From: Leucoraja erinacea
Taxonomy: Eukaryota
NCBI RefSeq assembly: GCF_028641065.1
Contig: NC_073398.1
Coordinates: forward strand, 28,582,001-28,646,000
DNA: 64,000 nucleotides
Direction: 5' to 3'
The notes below the pieces were generated by a model that saw nothing but the letters and a program-made list of their open reading frames with translations, had not been told where the DNA came from and ran no database searches. Within the stretch, counting starts at the first letter, position 1, and the number at the start of each line of letters is the position of its first letter. The translations under genes and the position numbers were made by a program. This document shows, piece after piece, positions 24,815-38,033 of the stretch.

Positions 24815-27800
24815 CTGAAAAGGAAGCGAGGGAAAGAGAAACAATTTGGTTTCTGAGTATTTGATCATCTGGGTTTATAAATTAAATAAAGAGTTTGGAT
24901 TCATCTAGTGTTGATGTGCGTGGTTGATCAAAGATGCAGTCCAAGGATGATCAAGCAAGCAGTCCAATGAGACATATTCTAAAGTAAAGCCATTGGCTTG
25001 ACATATAAAGTACAGAGTCTCCCACATACACCAAGTAATCTGTCTTTGTGAAATTGGTTGAGGGGTTAACATTGCTCAGGACACACAGGAGAACTACCCT
25101 GTCAAGGGATTTTTCATAAATACTGAAGAGAATAAATAAGAATGTCTCACCAATCTCAGCAATAGGTCTAAGAATTCAGTTTTTTTTTAAATTGAGCATT
25201 GCACTGGAGCATCAACTTGGATTAAGTCCTTAAATCTCTGGTGTTGTGGTGCGTGGGTCTCAAAAGGAGGCACGAAGTCCAGTGTTTGAGAAGCACCTTT
25301 ATTGTATTCCTCCCGGTTGAAGGGAAGACGAAACCAGAGGAAGATGGCACCCAAACCCTGCCTTTTAAACCCTCCGGCTGAGGGCCGCCTCCGGACTGCA
25401 CCACTCCTGTGCTGAGGGGTTCGGCAGTATAATGGCATGACCCTTAGGAGCCGCCACAGGACCCCCTCCCCCCCCAGAACCAGAGGCACAAAACGCACCG
25501 GCGGGCGCACGACACCCGGCCGGCCCGCGTGCGGAAGTCAGCAGATCCCGGGGCTTGCGGGGGCGTAGGTGGAGGGACAGGTCGAGGGGCCGGCGGGAGG
25601 ACAGGTGGAGTGACAGGTGGAGGGAGTCGTGAGGGGGGGCGCCCTCGGGGCCGAGGTTGAGCAACCAGCACCGGCTGGTCAATGTCCAGGTGCGCCGGCT
25701 TTAAACGGTCAATCGACACGGCCTCCGGCCGGCCCCCCCATGTCCAGGACAAAAGTCGAGCCACCACAGTGTGATCTTTGAACCCACGACAGTTATAGAG
25801 ATTACATAATGAGCCTCAGCTGATGTCTATAATGTTGGTGTTCTTCCATCTTTCCTGAGCTGATTCTGATGAAACCACTGTCCATGTACATCAACCATCA
25901 CCCGCATAATTTCATCCAGGTATCTCATCTTCCTGCCTGAGGCAAGACAAGGAGAGTCAACTGAACTCAAGTGCTCTGATATTCAACATTGTCCTACCCT
26001 CACCTTGGTAGTGGAAATCACCAGATACCAATTCTACACTGAACTCAAGTGCCATCCCCTCCCCTCCCCAGACTACTTCCTCTGAATATTCCTATTCCCC
26101 ACCAGAAGTAATCTCTTTCATTCAATGACGGATCAGGGAACCATTCAGGGAAGGTTATGTTTTTACCATATTCATGTTGGTTTTTAAGTCCCTCCATAGT
26201 CTTTCGTCCCTCGTCCCTGGAATCTCTAATATGATTCTCCACTCCACCAGATCCTGTACATTCCAATTTTAATTGCTTCCCCACTATTGGTGGTCGAGCT
26301 TTGTGTTGCCACAGTCCTAAGTGCTGCAATTTGTTCAGTAAAGCTCCATACCTCTCTCTATCCTACCTCTTACCTCTCTCTTACCTACTTATTCACTTCT
26401 CAGGTGCTTCCAAAGACTTTTGTCACTGCCTTCATAACTTTCTACTTGGCTTGGAATCAATGAGTCTTTTGTTTGGTAAAGCAAGTGTGGAACTAAGTAA
26501 TATTTTTTCTGCATTAAAGACACTGTTTCTACTACACTGAGAACTACAGTTACCAGCCATCAGGGAGTGTAAAATCCATTCTCTCTCTCCTGACATCGTT
26601 ATGCAAGAGACTGTAACACTGCCAGATGACTTACAGATTGCATCACAGATGGATCCAATTTCGTATCGTGTTCCATACATCGAGGTTAAAGACCTGACAG
26701 CGGATTTGGCAATTCCTTCCTAAAGCAAAGAATAATCAGGATCAGCAACAGAAGAATTCCTGACTACTAGAGTTCATTTGCAAAAGGTATTTTACATGAT
26801 GAAGAAAAGCCATCCAGCTTCTCCTGTTCACTGTTTCCATGTGGAATTCATCATCACATTCACCTTTGAAGAAGGTATTTTGGATATTGTAGCGGCACCA
26901 AACGTGGTGAATAAAGGTGAGACGTCAGGCCGGTTCAAAGGGTCGTTTATTCAGTGGTGACACGTTAGGTTGGTGCACTAACTATATTACAATGTTGCTG
27001 TAGCCGAACGAGGTTGTTCTCTCGGGCTCAGCTACCGGTTGACTCCTCAAGGTCTCGAGGTGAGAGACCTTAAGTACCAGGACACTCCCTCTAACCCATG
27101 ACGTCACGTGCCCGCCCTCGTATCTCCTGACGAGGGTTCGAGCATGAGTGGCTCGTGTTTAGGCTGACGCCACAAAATGCACTAAATGATCGGGCATTGT
27201 TTGTCACCCTTCACCCCAGCTTGGAGCGAGAAGCCAGTAGAAGCAACTTGCAAATAGGTTGGTCAGAGGAGTCCTGGGTCAATTCTTGTTCAATGTTGAG
27301 ATGACTAGCTCCAACATGGATTGGAACAGGGACACTAATTATGTATTTTCCCTCTGGAATGTGAAAGGTCCATTTTCCTGTTTGCAATGTGCCCCCTACT
27401 GGTTATCTAGGGTAGGACAATATTATAAAATAATATGTATCTCATAGATGTTAACTGAAGATGCTGAGTTGAAATGAAACAAACCTCTTCCCGATGCAGT
27501 AAATGACAATGCCTGACTTGCAAAAAATAGGCGAAAGAGGGAAAAAACACTATGGTGAGAAGGCAAGGGGAGGGGGGTGGGTGGGGTGGGGTGGGGGGGG
27601 GGGGGGGTGAAGAATTAAGAACATAGGTAAAGTTTGACCTACCAGCTCCTGGTAATCAGCAGGATGCACACATTTATACCCGAAGGGAATCATGAGGAGC
27701 TGTGAGTAACTGTGAATGGAGATGAAGCTCTTGATGTTTTTGTGGTTCTGCAAAAAGTTCACAATGGCTGCAACCTCAGATTCAGAGTTGGCGTAGGGTC

Positions 27801-30800
27801 CATGATAAGTTTCCCTGCACGGATTGCTACTGGTTCCAGGACCTATCATCGGAAGTACAGACACAATGATTCCTCACACAAACATCCAAGTGCATTGTTC
27901 CCGTCATCCTCAATTCCCTTCCTCTCCTGAAGGTGCCACCACAGTGCAGATGTCCACTATCCTCTTCCCGCGGAAGCTGCAACTTATTGTCTGACTATGC
28001 AGCAGCGATGCATGTGGTCCTCTGCTTGAACGCTACCTCATCTGCTTAGGATGTGTAGCATTCATCCCGGATTGACCTTGTCTCACCAAATCAATTCAAG
28101 GTCTGAATGGGTAAGATTTCCTTCCCATTGCAGAATCACAGAGTGGTTACAGCAGGGAAGGAAGCTTTTGAGACCATTAAGTTTACACCAGCCCTACATT
28201 AGGACAGTGAAGTGAGTCATCCTCTTCCCATAGCTCTTTATGGTATTTCCATGTTACCTATTCAGCTTTGTTTAGAATATAATCAAATCTGCTTTCACTA
28301 CCACATCCTATCTGTCCGATTCTAACCACAACCTGTAAAAAATGGTGCATTACTATTGACACTGGGAATCAATCACCTTTAATCTTAATCTGCAACAGTT
28401 ATCCCATCTTTCATGTTTTCTAGATTTCTAATAAATCTCCTCACAACCTCCTATGTTGTTCCAGTGAGATCAAAAGTACTTCCCCAATGTACAGGTTTCT
28501 CTTCCCGAGAATCAATTACTTCAATTTCAGAAGTCCTGATAGAAGTATATAACATTTTCAGAGGTATAAATAGGATAAATGCAGTTAGATCTTCTTTCCC
28601 AGGATAGAAATGTCAATTAGTAGAGTGCAGAGTTTTAGGATGAGGGGGCAACATTTAAAGTTAACATTCAAATTTAAAGAAGATATTTGGGGCAAGTATT
28701 TTTACATGGACTGTGGTGAGTGCCTGGAATGCACTGCCAGGGGTAGTAGTGCAGGCAGGGCACTACAATAGTGCCATTTAAGAGATGTTTGGATAGGCAC
28801 CTGTATAAACAGGGAATGGGGGAATGTAGCAGACAGATAAGAGTTGGTCTTGGCATCATGTTCAGTACAGACATTGTGGGCTGAAGGGCCTGTTCCTGTG
28901 CTGCAATGTTCTTTGAGGCTAGTCCTAGTTTGCTTCACCTTTATATAATGAATGGTTTAAATTAACTGAATACTATTGAGATCAAGAGTTCAGATCTCTG
29001 AATTATTACTCCAGCAACATAGCCCATTCTGGACTATAATGCCACCCACATTTCTGCCGAATGCATTCAGTCATTATATTCAGCTTCAATATTCCAAGGA
29101 TAGAGGGAACAAGACATCATGATTAGCCACCAGACCGTTAATTTCTGGAGGCTAAGGCAGTGACAGCTACAGCTATACGGATTTAACCCTGGAATAGGCA
29201 CAACAGTGGTGGCTACTGTGGTCAAATAGTTTTCTGGATAAATATACAATCTGCAGGATGGACATAGAAACATAGAAAATAGGTGCAGGAGTAGGCCATT
29301 AGGCCCTTCGAGCCCGCACCGCCATTCAACATGATCATGGCTGATCATCCAATATGATCATGGCTGATCATCCAAACGCATTGGGTTGGGCAACATCTGT
29401 GGATGGAAAGTTCTCAAAATTACAATCTCAAACACCAACCATTCCTTTGCCCCCACAGATGCTGCTTGACCAGTTGAGTTTCTCCAGCAGATTGTTGCTT
29501 CATATTCCTGCTTCTGCGCTCTTCAGAGTGTCTCCAGCTCTCTGAATCCCACTGCCTAATGGTCCCACTTCTGGCCATGAGAGGAATATACTCTTATTTT
29601 AGGGCACTTCAAATTTTCCTCGGAGGACAACTGGAAAAGCACAGGCTTGACCAAAAGCCCATACACGAGGCCACATATTCACACTACAGCTTGTGAAAGA
29701 AGGAAGGAAAATGGGATGCGGAGACAGGGAAAACAAATTTAAATTCCCTCACGAACCTCCAAAGCCGGCATCAAAGTTCCTGTTGGCATCGACCCCAAAA
29801 CATTTCCCTCCGGGGGCTACAGACCTGGTCTTGCGCCACATTCGATTCTATGGAAATTACACAAGATATTAATCCCAGCAGTGGAGAGACAGAGGTGCTG
29901 CAATAGTTATTTTGAGCTTTCAAGAATGCTAACACCCATTCTCTAAGCTCATGAGGGAAACATAATGTTGTGATCTGGCCACACAGGGATGCTACAATAT
30001 TCGTTCTCAGAAATCACAAGAATGCTCTAATACTTATTTTTCCAAAATTCTCTTGCCTAACTTTTCTTTTGGTGATGTTATGATCTTTTTCCTTTGAGCT
30101 AATATTATCTTTCTCTTGATAGATACAGAAAGCTGAAAGCTGGAGTAACTCAGAGGGACAGGCATCACCTCTAGAGAGAAGGAATGGTTGACATTTCGAG
30201 TCGAGACCCTTCTTCGGATTGAAGAAGTCTGAAGAAGACTTTCAGGTCCGAAAATGTCTCGACCCGAAACATCACCCATTTCTTCTCTCCAGAGTTGCTG
30301 CCTGTCCCGCTGAGTTACTCCAGCTTTTCTGTGTCTATCATCGGTTAAACCAGCATCTGCAGTTCCTTCCTACACATTATCTGTTTCCTGTTTGTCAAGA
30401 CCTTTTCTGTGGGTTTTCTGTTTTGTCTTAAAGCATTACATATTGCATGTAAACTATATTGGAGGAATCAGGGAGTATTAGTGAAATTATTGTTTTAGTG
30501 TTTTCTTTTGAACATTGAGGTTGAGGGGACACCTGATAGAAGTTTATAAAATTATGAGAGGCATCAATTAGGTAGACAGAATGGATTGTTTTACACTGAG
30601 AGCAGCAGATGCTGGTTAACACCGAAGTTAGACACTTGCAGGAGGAACTCAGCGGATCACAGTATATGTAATGAATGGGAGATTGGGAGGTATAGGGGGT
30701 GTGCACGTAAGGTCACTGGGTCATAGGGCTTGACGAACGGAGCCGCTCAATCCATCTGGAGGACATCCGTAACTTCCGGTATATGTTATTAATGCAAGAA

Positions 30801-33800
30801 ATGCGTACTTTCCTACCTGTTAAAAACCGCCAAAATGTTGAATTTTTGCGCTGTAAAAAATTGTGGAAGTCGGGGTAAGTGTGAGAGACATGTACCCAAC
30901 TTCAGAATTCCAAAAGTGAAGTGAAATGAAGGTAAAGAGAGAAGGGACTACAGCGAGAGTTGAAGGGACTACACTGCATTTCATTATTTATGTTTTTCTT
31001 GATTCCCTTTGGTATCTAATAAGTCTCAGAAGTGATAAACCTGACTGTAAAATTTGCTTCAGAAGCGTTTTATTTTTGTATGTAAAAACCCACTTGAGAA
31101 CCATGGGCGCTTTAAAAAATTTACAGCCAGATTTATCACTTCTGAAACTTTTTAGATGCCGAAGGAATCAAGAAAAAACACAAATAATGCCTTAGTTGAT
31201 GAAATGCAGTGAGCAAACGGCCAATGTTCGCCAAGCACTCAGGCTGTTGTTGTCCCTTCAGCTCTCGCTTCTATCTACCGTCATTTCTCCTCACTTTTGG
31301 AATTCTGAAGTAGGCTAAATGTCTCTCACGCTTATCCCGATTTCCATCATTATTTACAGCGCAAAAAGTGGCAATTCCGACTAGTTTTAACGGGCCCGCA
31401 ACGCTTGAAACAATGGTCACCTGCACTTACCTGCAGTTCATCGCGTGTACTCCAGTTGGCGTAGTGTATCAGCAGCACGGGTCATGGGTCGTGACCCGAC
31501 TGCCGTGAAACCTCCCCAGTAGCTCCTCGTTCGTTTTCTGGGCCAAGTTAAAGTTGGACTATCCCACGAACAGTTAGTTACCTGATAGATGGTTACCTGT
31601 GTATTTACTAACATCTTCAGCACCAACAGGTGACAGGTGTCCAGCGTGTTCACAATAAGGGGGCAGAATGACGGGTGGGGACTCGGTGTCTATGAGTGAT
31701 ATAACCACACCAGCTGTTCCAAGCGCAGCCCACCACACTGGGCGGCACCAAGCTGGGCGCCCCGGGCACTGACCTTGGTGTGCGTGTAGACATAGCCGTC
31801 GGGGTTCACCACGATCTCCATGTAGATGTCCATTCTCTGCAGCAACGACGTGATGAAGGTCTCCTGGCCGTAGTCACTGGCGATCTACAGGAGAAAGACA
31901 GAACATGTGGCGAGTACTGTGATAACATTGGATCTGGACGAACATGAGCGGACTCGCTGTTCCCAGTGTCTACAGTAACACGTGGAACCCGAAGGGCGTT
32001 CGGTTACATAACCTCTGCTGCCTCAAACGCAAGAAGAAGGAATCACACCTCCCCGGAATTTCGCCCGTATCTCTTCTCTCCGTATCTTTTCACATCTAGC
32101 CTTTGTCACTTACTCCACCATTTGCCAATCAGACCTCCCTCATCTTGATCCAACTGTGCTTTGCCGCGCCCCCACCCCCTTTCTCTCCTCCCCACCCCAG
32201 TTTCAAGAAGGGTGCCAACCTGAAATGCCGCCTAACCATTGCCTCGTCCACTGGTGTTAGCTGGCCCGCTAGATTCCTCCAGCACTTTGTGTTTTGCTCT
32301 AGCTCCCAGCACCTGCAGTTAGTTGGTTCCCCGTAGCTGGCTGGTTACCTTGTTCGCCATCCAGATGGCGCTGGCTGGTGACACCCACTCGCGGGCGTGG
32401 ATTCCGCTGTCGATCCAGATGGCTGGACGCTGCCTTCCCCCGGTGCTGAACTTCACACAAGTAAATGGAAGACGATTACAGGCGGGGACGAGGATTGGGA
32501 CTGGAGCGGATCGACCTCGGCTTGTTCTAGGTTAGGTGGGTACCCGGCTTCGTGTTGGTTCGTTTTCTGGGAAGCGGGATGATTTTCAATGGGATAATGG
32601 AAACCAACTCGTGGCACAGTTGATAAAGCCGCTGCCTCACAGCACCAGGGACCCGAGTTCGACTCTGAACCCGGGCACTGTCTGTGTGGAGTTTGCACGT
32701 TCTCCCTGTGACCGTGTGGGTTCCCTCCGGGTGCCCCGGGTGTCTTCCCACATCCCAAAGAGTTGGTTGTAGGTTAATTTTGGCCTCATTGTGTAGGGAG
32801 TGGATGAGAAAGTAGGATAGCATAGAACTAGCGTGAATGGGCGATCGATAGTCGGCGTGGACTCGGTGGGTCGAAGGGCCTGTCCCATGCTGGAATGTCC
32901 TATGACATTGTTGCCATAGAGGGAGTACAGAGAATGTTCACCAGACTGATTCCTAGGATGTCAGGACTTTCATATGAAGAAAGACTGGATAGACTCGGCT
33001 TGAACTCGCTAGAATTTAGAAGATTGAGGGGGGATCTTATAGAAACTTACAACATTCTTAAGGGGTTGGTCAGGCTAGATGCAGGAAGATTGTTCCCGAT
33101 GTTGGGGAAGTCCAGAACAAGGGGCCACAGTTTAAGAATAAATGGGAAATCTTTTAGGACTGAGATGAGAAAAAAAAATTTTCAAAGAGAGTGGTGAATC
33201 TCTGGAATTCTCTGCCACAGAATGTAGTTGAGGCCAGTTCATTGGCTATATTTAAGAGGGAGTTAGATGTGACCCTTGTGGCTAAAGGGATCAGGGGATA
33301 TGGAGAGAAGGCAGGTGCGGGATACTGAGTTGGATGATCTGCCATGATCATATTGAATGGCGGTGCAGGCTCGAAGGGCCGAATGGCCTACTCCTGCATT
33401 CTATGTTTCTATGCTGCATCTTTCAATCAGACTTCCATTTACACATTCTGTGGCTAATCTGGAGGGACTGGACAGGACCAGACTCCATAGGAAGTTTGTG
33501 GAAACTGTAACGGCAATAATAGTGTGGAAATCTGGCACTATGGGTCTGCTGAAGCTTTAGTAACGGAGCTGGTGAGAAGTTGCAACACTGACTCTCTCCA
33601 CACCTTCAGCACGTAGAGCGGCCGCCCTTCGAACGACGTCCCAATCTCTAGCTTCTGCAGCAGCCCGGGAAACGCAAAGACCAGATCGTCCATCCATGTG
33701 TAAATCTGCAGCAAAGGTGAGAGACAAGTTAAAACCTAACACGCAAAGAAGGCAGACGACCAGGCGGGCCGGGGAACATTCAACATTGGGTTAAGTTACA

Positions 33801-35513
33801 GAGCAGATTAGGGGAATTCAGAGGCTGCTAAACACCACGGCGAATATCCTGGACTAGGATGAGCAAGTCAAGGTGAGCATTGGACCCCGGCTCATTGCAG
33901 TGATCACCACCTGAATAACTTTTGTGGGATTAAGGGTTGCTGCTTTTCCCAGGTAGCTGCTCCAATGAGGGATGCTGTCTGATGCCGATAGCCCTTTCTA
34001 AGAATGAGATCAAAATGAGTCAAAAGGGTTTTGCGTCCATCTACAATTTGGTCGGCATGGACAAGTTGGGCCGAAGGGCCAGTTTCCGTACTATATATGA
34101 CTCTATACTTGAGGGCGCAACAATGGCACAGCTGCTAGACCCGGGTTCGATCCTGACCTCGGGTGCTGTCTGTGTGAAGTGTGCATGTTCTCCCTGTGAC
34201 CGCGTGGGTTTCCTCCGGGTGCTTCCGTTTCCTCCCACACCTCAAAGACGTGCAGGGTTGTCGGTTTCTGTAAATTGCTCCAAATGTGTGGGGTGTCGAT
34301 GAGAACATAGAACCATTATGATGGTCGGGGTGGACGCGGTGGGTCGAACGGCCTGTTCCCATGCTGTATCTCTGAAAGTAAAAACTAAAAAAAACTTCCC
34401 GGACTTTGTGACCTGATGAAAGGGCGAAGGCTTGTGACAGATGTGTTAATGTACCGCCAGTTCTTGTCAACAACGGGGTAAGGGTATACGGCATGAAGGT
34501 GAAACGTAAACCGGGGTATGCTTTCGGGTTGCGGGAAACTAACAGGAGCGAAAAAAAAGTAATTGGGAAAAAGTTGACGAGAACATCCCTGGGTATCAGA
34601 TTGAATCATAATCTGTGGTGGTTTGGGGAGAAGTGACGTTGGATATCATCCAGGAATAATTACACATGCCCCCTCCCTCAACCCGCGGTTCACTGGTCTT
34701 TGCTAATTACTTTCAGAGAGGACACACTTACTAATCCATCGGCTACCGATGAATTGATTATTGAATTTGGCTGTTCAAATGTGTCAGAACATGTAAATAG
34801 TCGGGGCTGCGGAATTTTGCTCCGGGTAACATCTTCTGCTGAGAAGAGTGGACCTCGCGCACCAGAGAGCATTGCCAGTCAATTAGCGCTCTCGTTCCCT
34901 CCTCTCTCTAGTTAGTCATAGAGTCATGCAGCTCAGAAACTGGCCCTTCGGCCCAACTCGGCCCCTCTCCACCCACGGTAACACCGCATGCCAGCGGAGG
35001 GAAGCGACGGCTGACTAGTTAGTGCCAGTGGTCCAGCCATCAGCCAATCTAGCTGACTACGCCGCTCTAGCCGACCCTGGACCCCGGGTTGCCGCATGTT
35101 GCGGGTGTTGGGCGGACTGACCTGGTGGTTTCCCGGGGCGTGTACTCACCTCACTCAGGGTGTGGTAGGTGCCGTAGTTGAATGTGGAGAAGGTGCGTTC
35201 CATCATGGTCGACCTCTCCAGCTCAGCTTTCTCGCTCTCAATCAATACCTAAAAGATGCAATGCAAAACTATACGGGCCTTTCCAATTCCTAAGGCACGT
35301 TAAAATGCTGCACTAAAGTCCCCACAATCAGCGATTAAATAAGTGACTAACTGATGACATTGGAGGGGAGCAAAACATGATCAATATCTTCGCTGTTCTT
35401 TTATTCTTCCGGGTTTCTTTTGCGCCTCAACTTTCCCGGCAAATTATCAAACTTGCGTATCAGAGACAAGTGTAATCCTCATCCTGTTTCTACTTACATA
35501 TTTGAGACCCCAC

Positions 35514-35553
<40 letters not shown>

Positions 35554-37988
35554 ACACATAACTACACAGCTGTACTCTCACCCACACGGGAACAAGACCC
35601 CACACACACGCGGGGTCGCTGGTGATATAGGTGGTGATATATTAAAACATATAAGATTGTTAAACATGTTCCCGATGTTGGGGGAAGTCCAGAACCAGGG
35701 GCCACAGTTTAAGAATATGGAGTAAGACATTTAGAACGGAGGTGAGGAAACACTTTTTCTCACAGAGAGTGGTGAGTCTGTGGAATTCTTTGCCTCAGAG
35801 GGCGGTGGAGGCAGGTTCTCTGGATGCTTTCAAGAGAGAGCTAGATAGGGCCCTTAAAAATAGCGGAGTCAGGGGATATGGGGAGAAGGCAGGAACGGGG
35901 TACTGATTGGGGCTGATCAGCCATGATCACGTTGAATGGCGGTCTGGCTCGAAGGGCCAAATGGCCTACTCCTGCACCTATTGCCTATTGTCTATTGTCC
36001 CTCCTTTAGCCCAGGCCAGCGACCGTCGGTGTGACACGGGTTAGCACAGGCTGTACCTGCAGGTCTTCAATCATTGTTGAGTACTGGATCCCATTGTGCT
36101 CCAGAAACACCTTGAAGGTCTGAAGACTACCCCGAGGAACACGGACATCCATGACGAGGTCGGTCTTGTGGGGACTCCGCCAGATGTCAAGCTAGGGGAG
36201 AAGAAGCATGGCATTTACACATTCCCAGTGGCCACCTTAATCGCTGCCCAGCTCTGCGTGTTATTGGGGATACAAGGAACTGTAGACGCTGGTTTACAAC
36301 AACAAAAATGCTGGAGTAATTCAGCGGGCCAGGCAGCATCTCTGGAGGCCAAGGGTAGGTGATGTCATCCTGTCGGTATCCGATCGTCCGGCGCCGCCGT
36401 TCGGTCACTGCCTGCACTCAAGTCTCGTCAACATCTGAAGAAGGATCCCGAGCCGAAACGTTACTCATCTTTTTTCTCCACAGATGCTGCCCGACTCGCT
36501 GAGTTACCGCAGCACTTTGTGTCTACCGTTAGTTCAAAGTAAATCTACTGAAAACTCAGCTTTAAGTGTCGAATAGGTCAGGAGGACACATTATTGGCAA
36601 CAATGCTGAATATAATATTCAACTGTCAGCTCCATACGCCAGTTTTCCCACTACACACAAATCTGATTCCTTTCTGGAGGGAGAGACAGATTGCATTTTG
36701 CAATGAAAAACCAGCATCTGCAGTTCCTTGTTTCTACATTTCCACTCAAGGTGCCCCGGGTATCTGCAGCTCCACCCGGAGCGAGTGGCGAGGCGAGTGG
36801 CTATGGCCTTACCTGGAGATGATCCTGTTCCTCCATCGACATCACCAAACTCGCTTGTTCCTCATCTCTGAGTGTGATCCGGAGTACCTGATCCCTGTAA
36901 GCAGGCCGGCGGTTACTGGTCACATTTCACTGCTGGCCCTTTTACAAATGATTACAAACTGTGGGGTTGACATTTTGTTAAAACACACATAGACTTGCCA
37001 TCCCCATCTCCGTACTTTCCCCAATCTTACAACCTTACAAGTCACCTATTTCTAGCCCGTGAACTACCTGGAGTTTTTTAATCCGTAGTTTCTCTCTCAT
37101 TGTTGCTCGTATCCCCAGTCAAGCCAAGGGAAATACCACATTCAAACCTGATGATCAAATAATTGAAGATCGACACAAAATGTTGGAGTAACTCAGCAGG
37201 ACAGGCAGCATCTCCGGAGAGAAGGAATGGGTGACGTTTCGGGTCGAGACCATTCTTCAGACCATCAAAGAATTGATCTGGTTTAAATGTGCTGCCTTCA
37301 TTGAGCTCCAGAATTCGTAGATGGGAGTGGAAACGCGGAGACCGTCCCTTCGGCCCATCGTGTTCCTCCTGACCTTAAGTGCCTGTCCATTCTAATGGAG
37401 ACACAAGAGATTGCCGATGCTGGAATGTTGAGCAAAACACGACGTGCTAGAGTAACTCAACAGGTCGGGCAGCATCATTAGTTTAGTTCAGTTTAGTTTA
37501 GAGATACAGCGCGGAAACAAGCCCTTCGGCCCACCGAGTCCGTACCGACCAGGGATCCCCACACATTAACACTTACGATAGAACTTTATTTATCCCAGAG
37601 GGGAAATTAGTTATAAAACACAAGGAGATATATGAAATTAAAGAGACGAGGTGAAAGTCCAGGGTTGGGGATGTGCAAAGATTGGGGATGGGGGATGGGA
37701 GCACGACAGAAGGGACCCTCACACACACACACTGGGAACAAATTACACATATACACCAAGCCAATGAACCTACAAACCTGTACGTCTTTGGAGTGTGGGA
37801 GGAAACCGAAGATCTCGGAGAAAACACACGCTGTCACAGAGAGAAGGTACAAACTCCGTCGTCGGGATCAAGCGCTGGCAAGGCTTGTCCGGCATCAACT
37901 CTAGCGTTGCGCCACCGGTACCGTCTGTGGAGACTTGTCTCGGCTTCCGCTTGGGACCTGTCCATTCTCCCTCCCTCCTCCTCCCTCC

Positions 37989-38033
<45 letters not shown>

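Noticed and set aside
34412-34432. CTGATGA...GAAG as a hammerhead
   Set aside because: No stem II pairing and no GAAA core.
37040-37100. Alternative CPA2 first exon (MREKLRIKK..|gtaagg)
   Set aside because: No signal peptide; the exon at 38413..38477 fits length, phase, Kozak context and TATA position.
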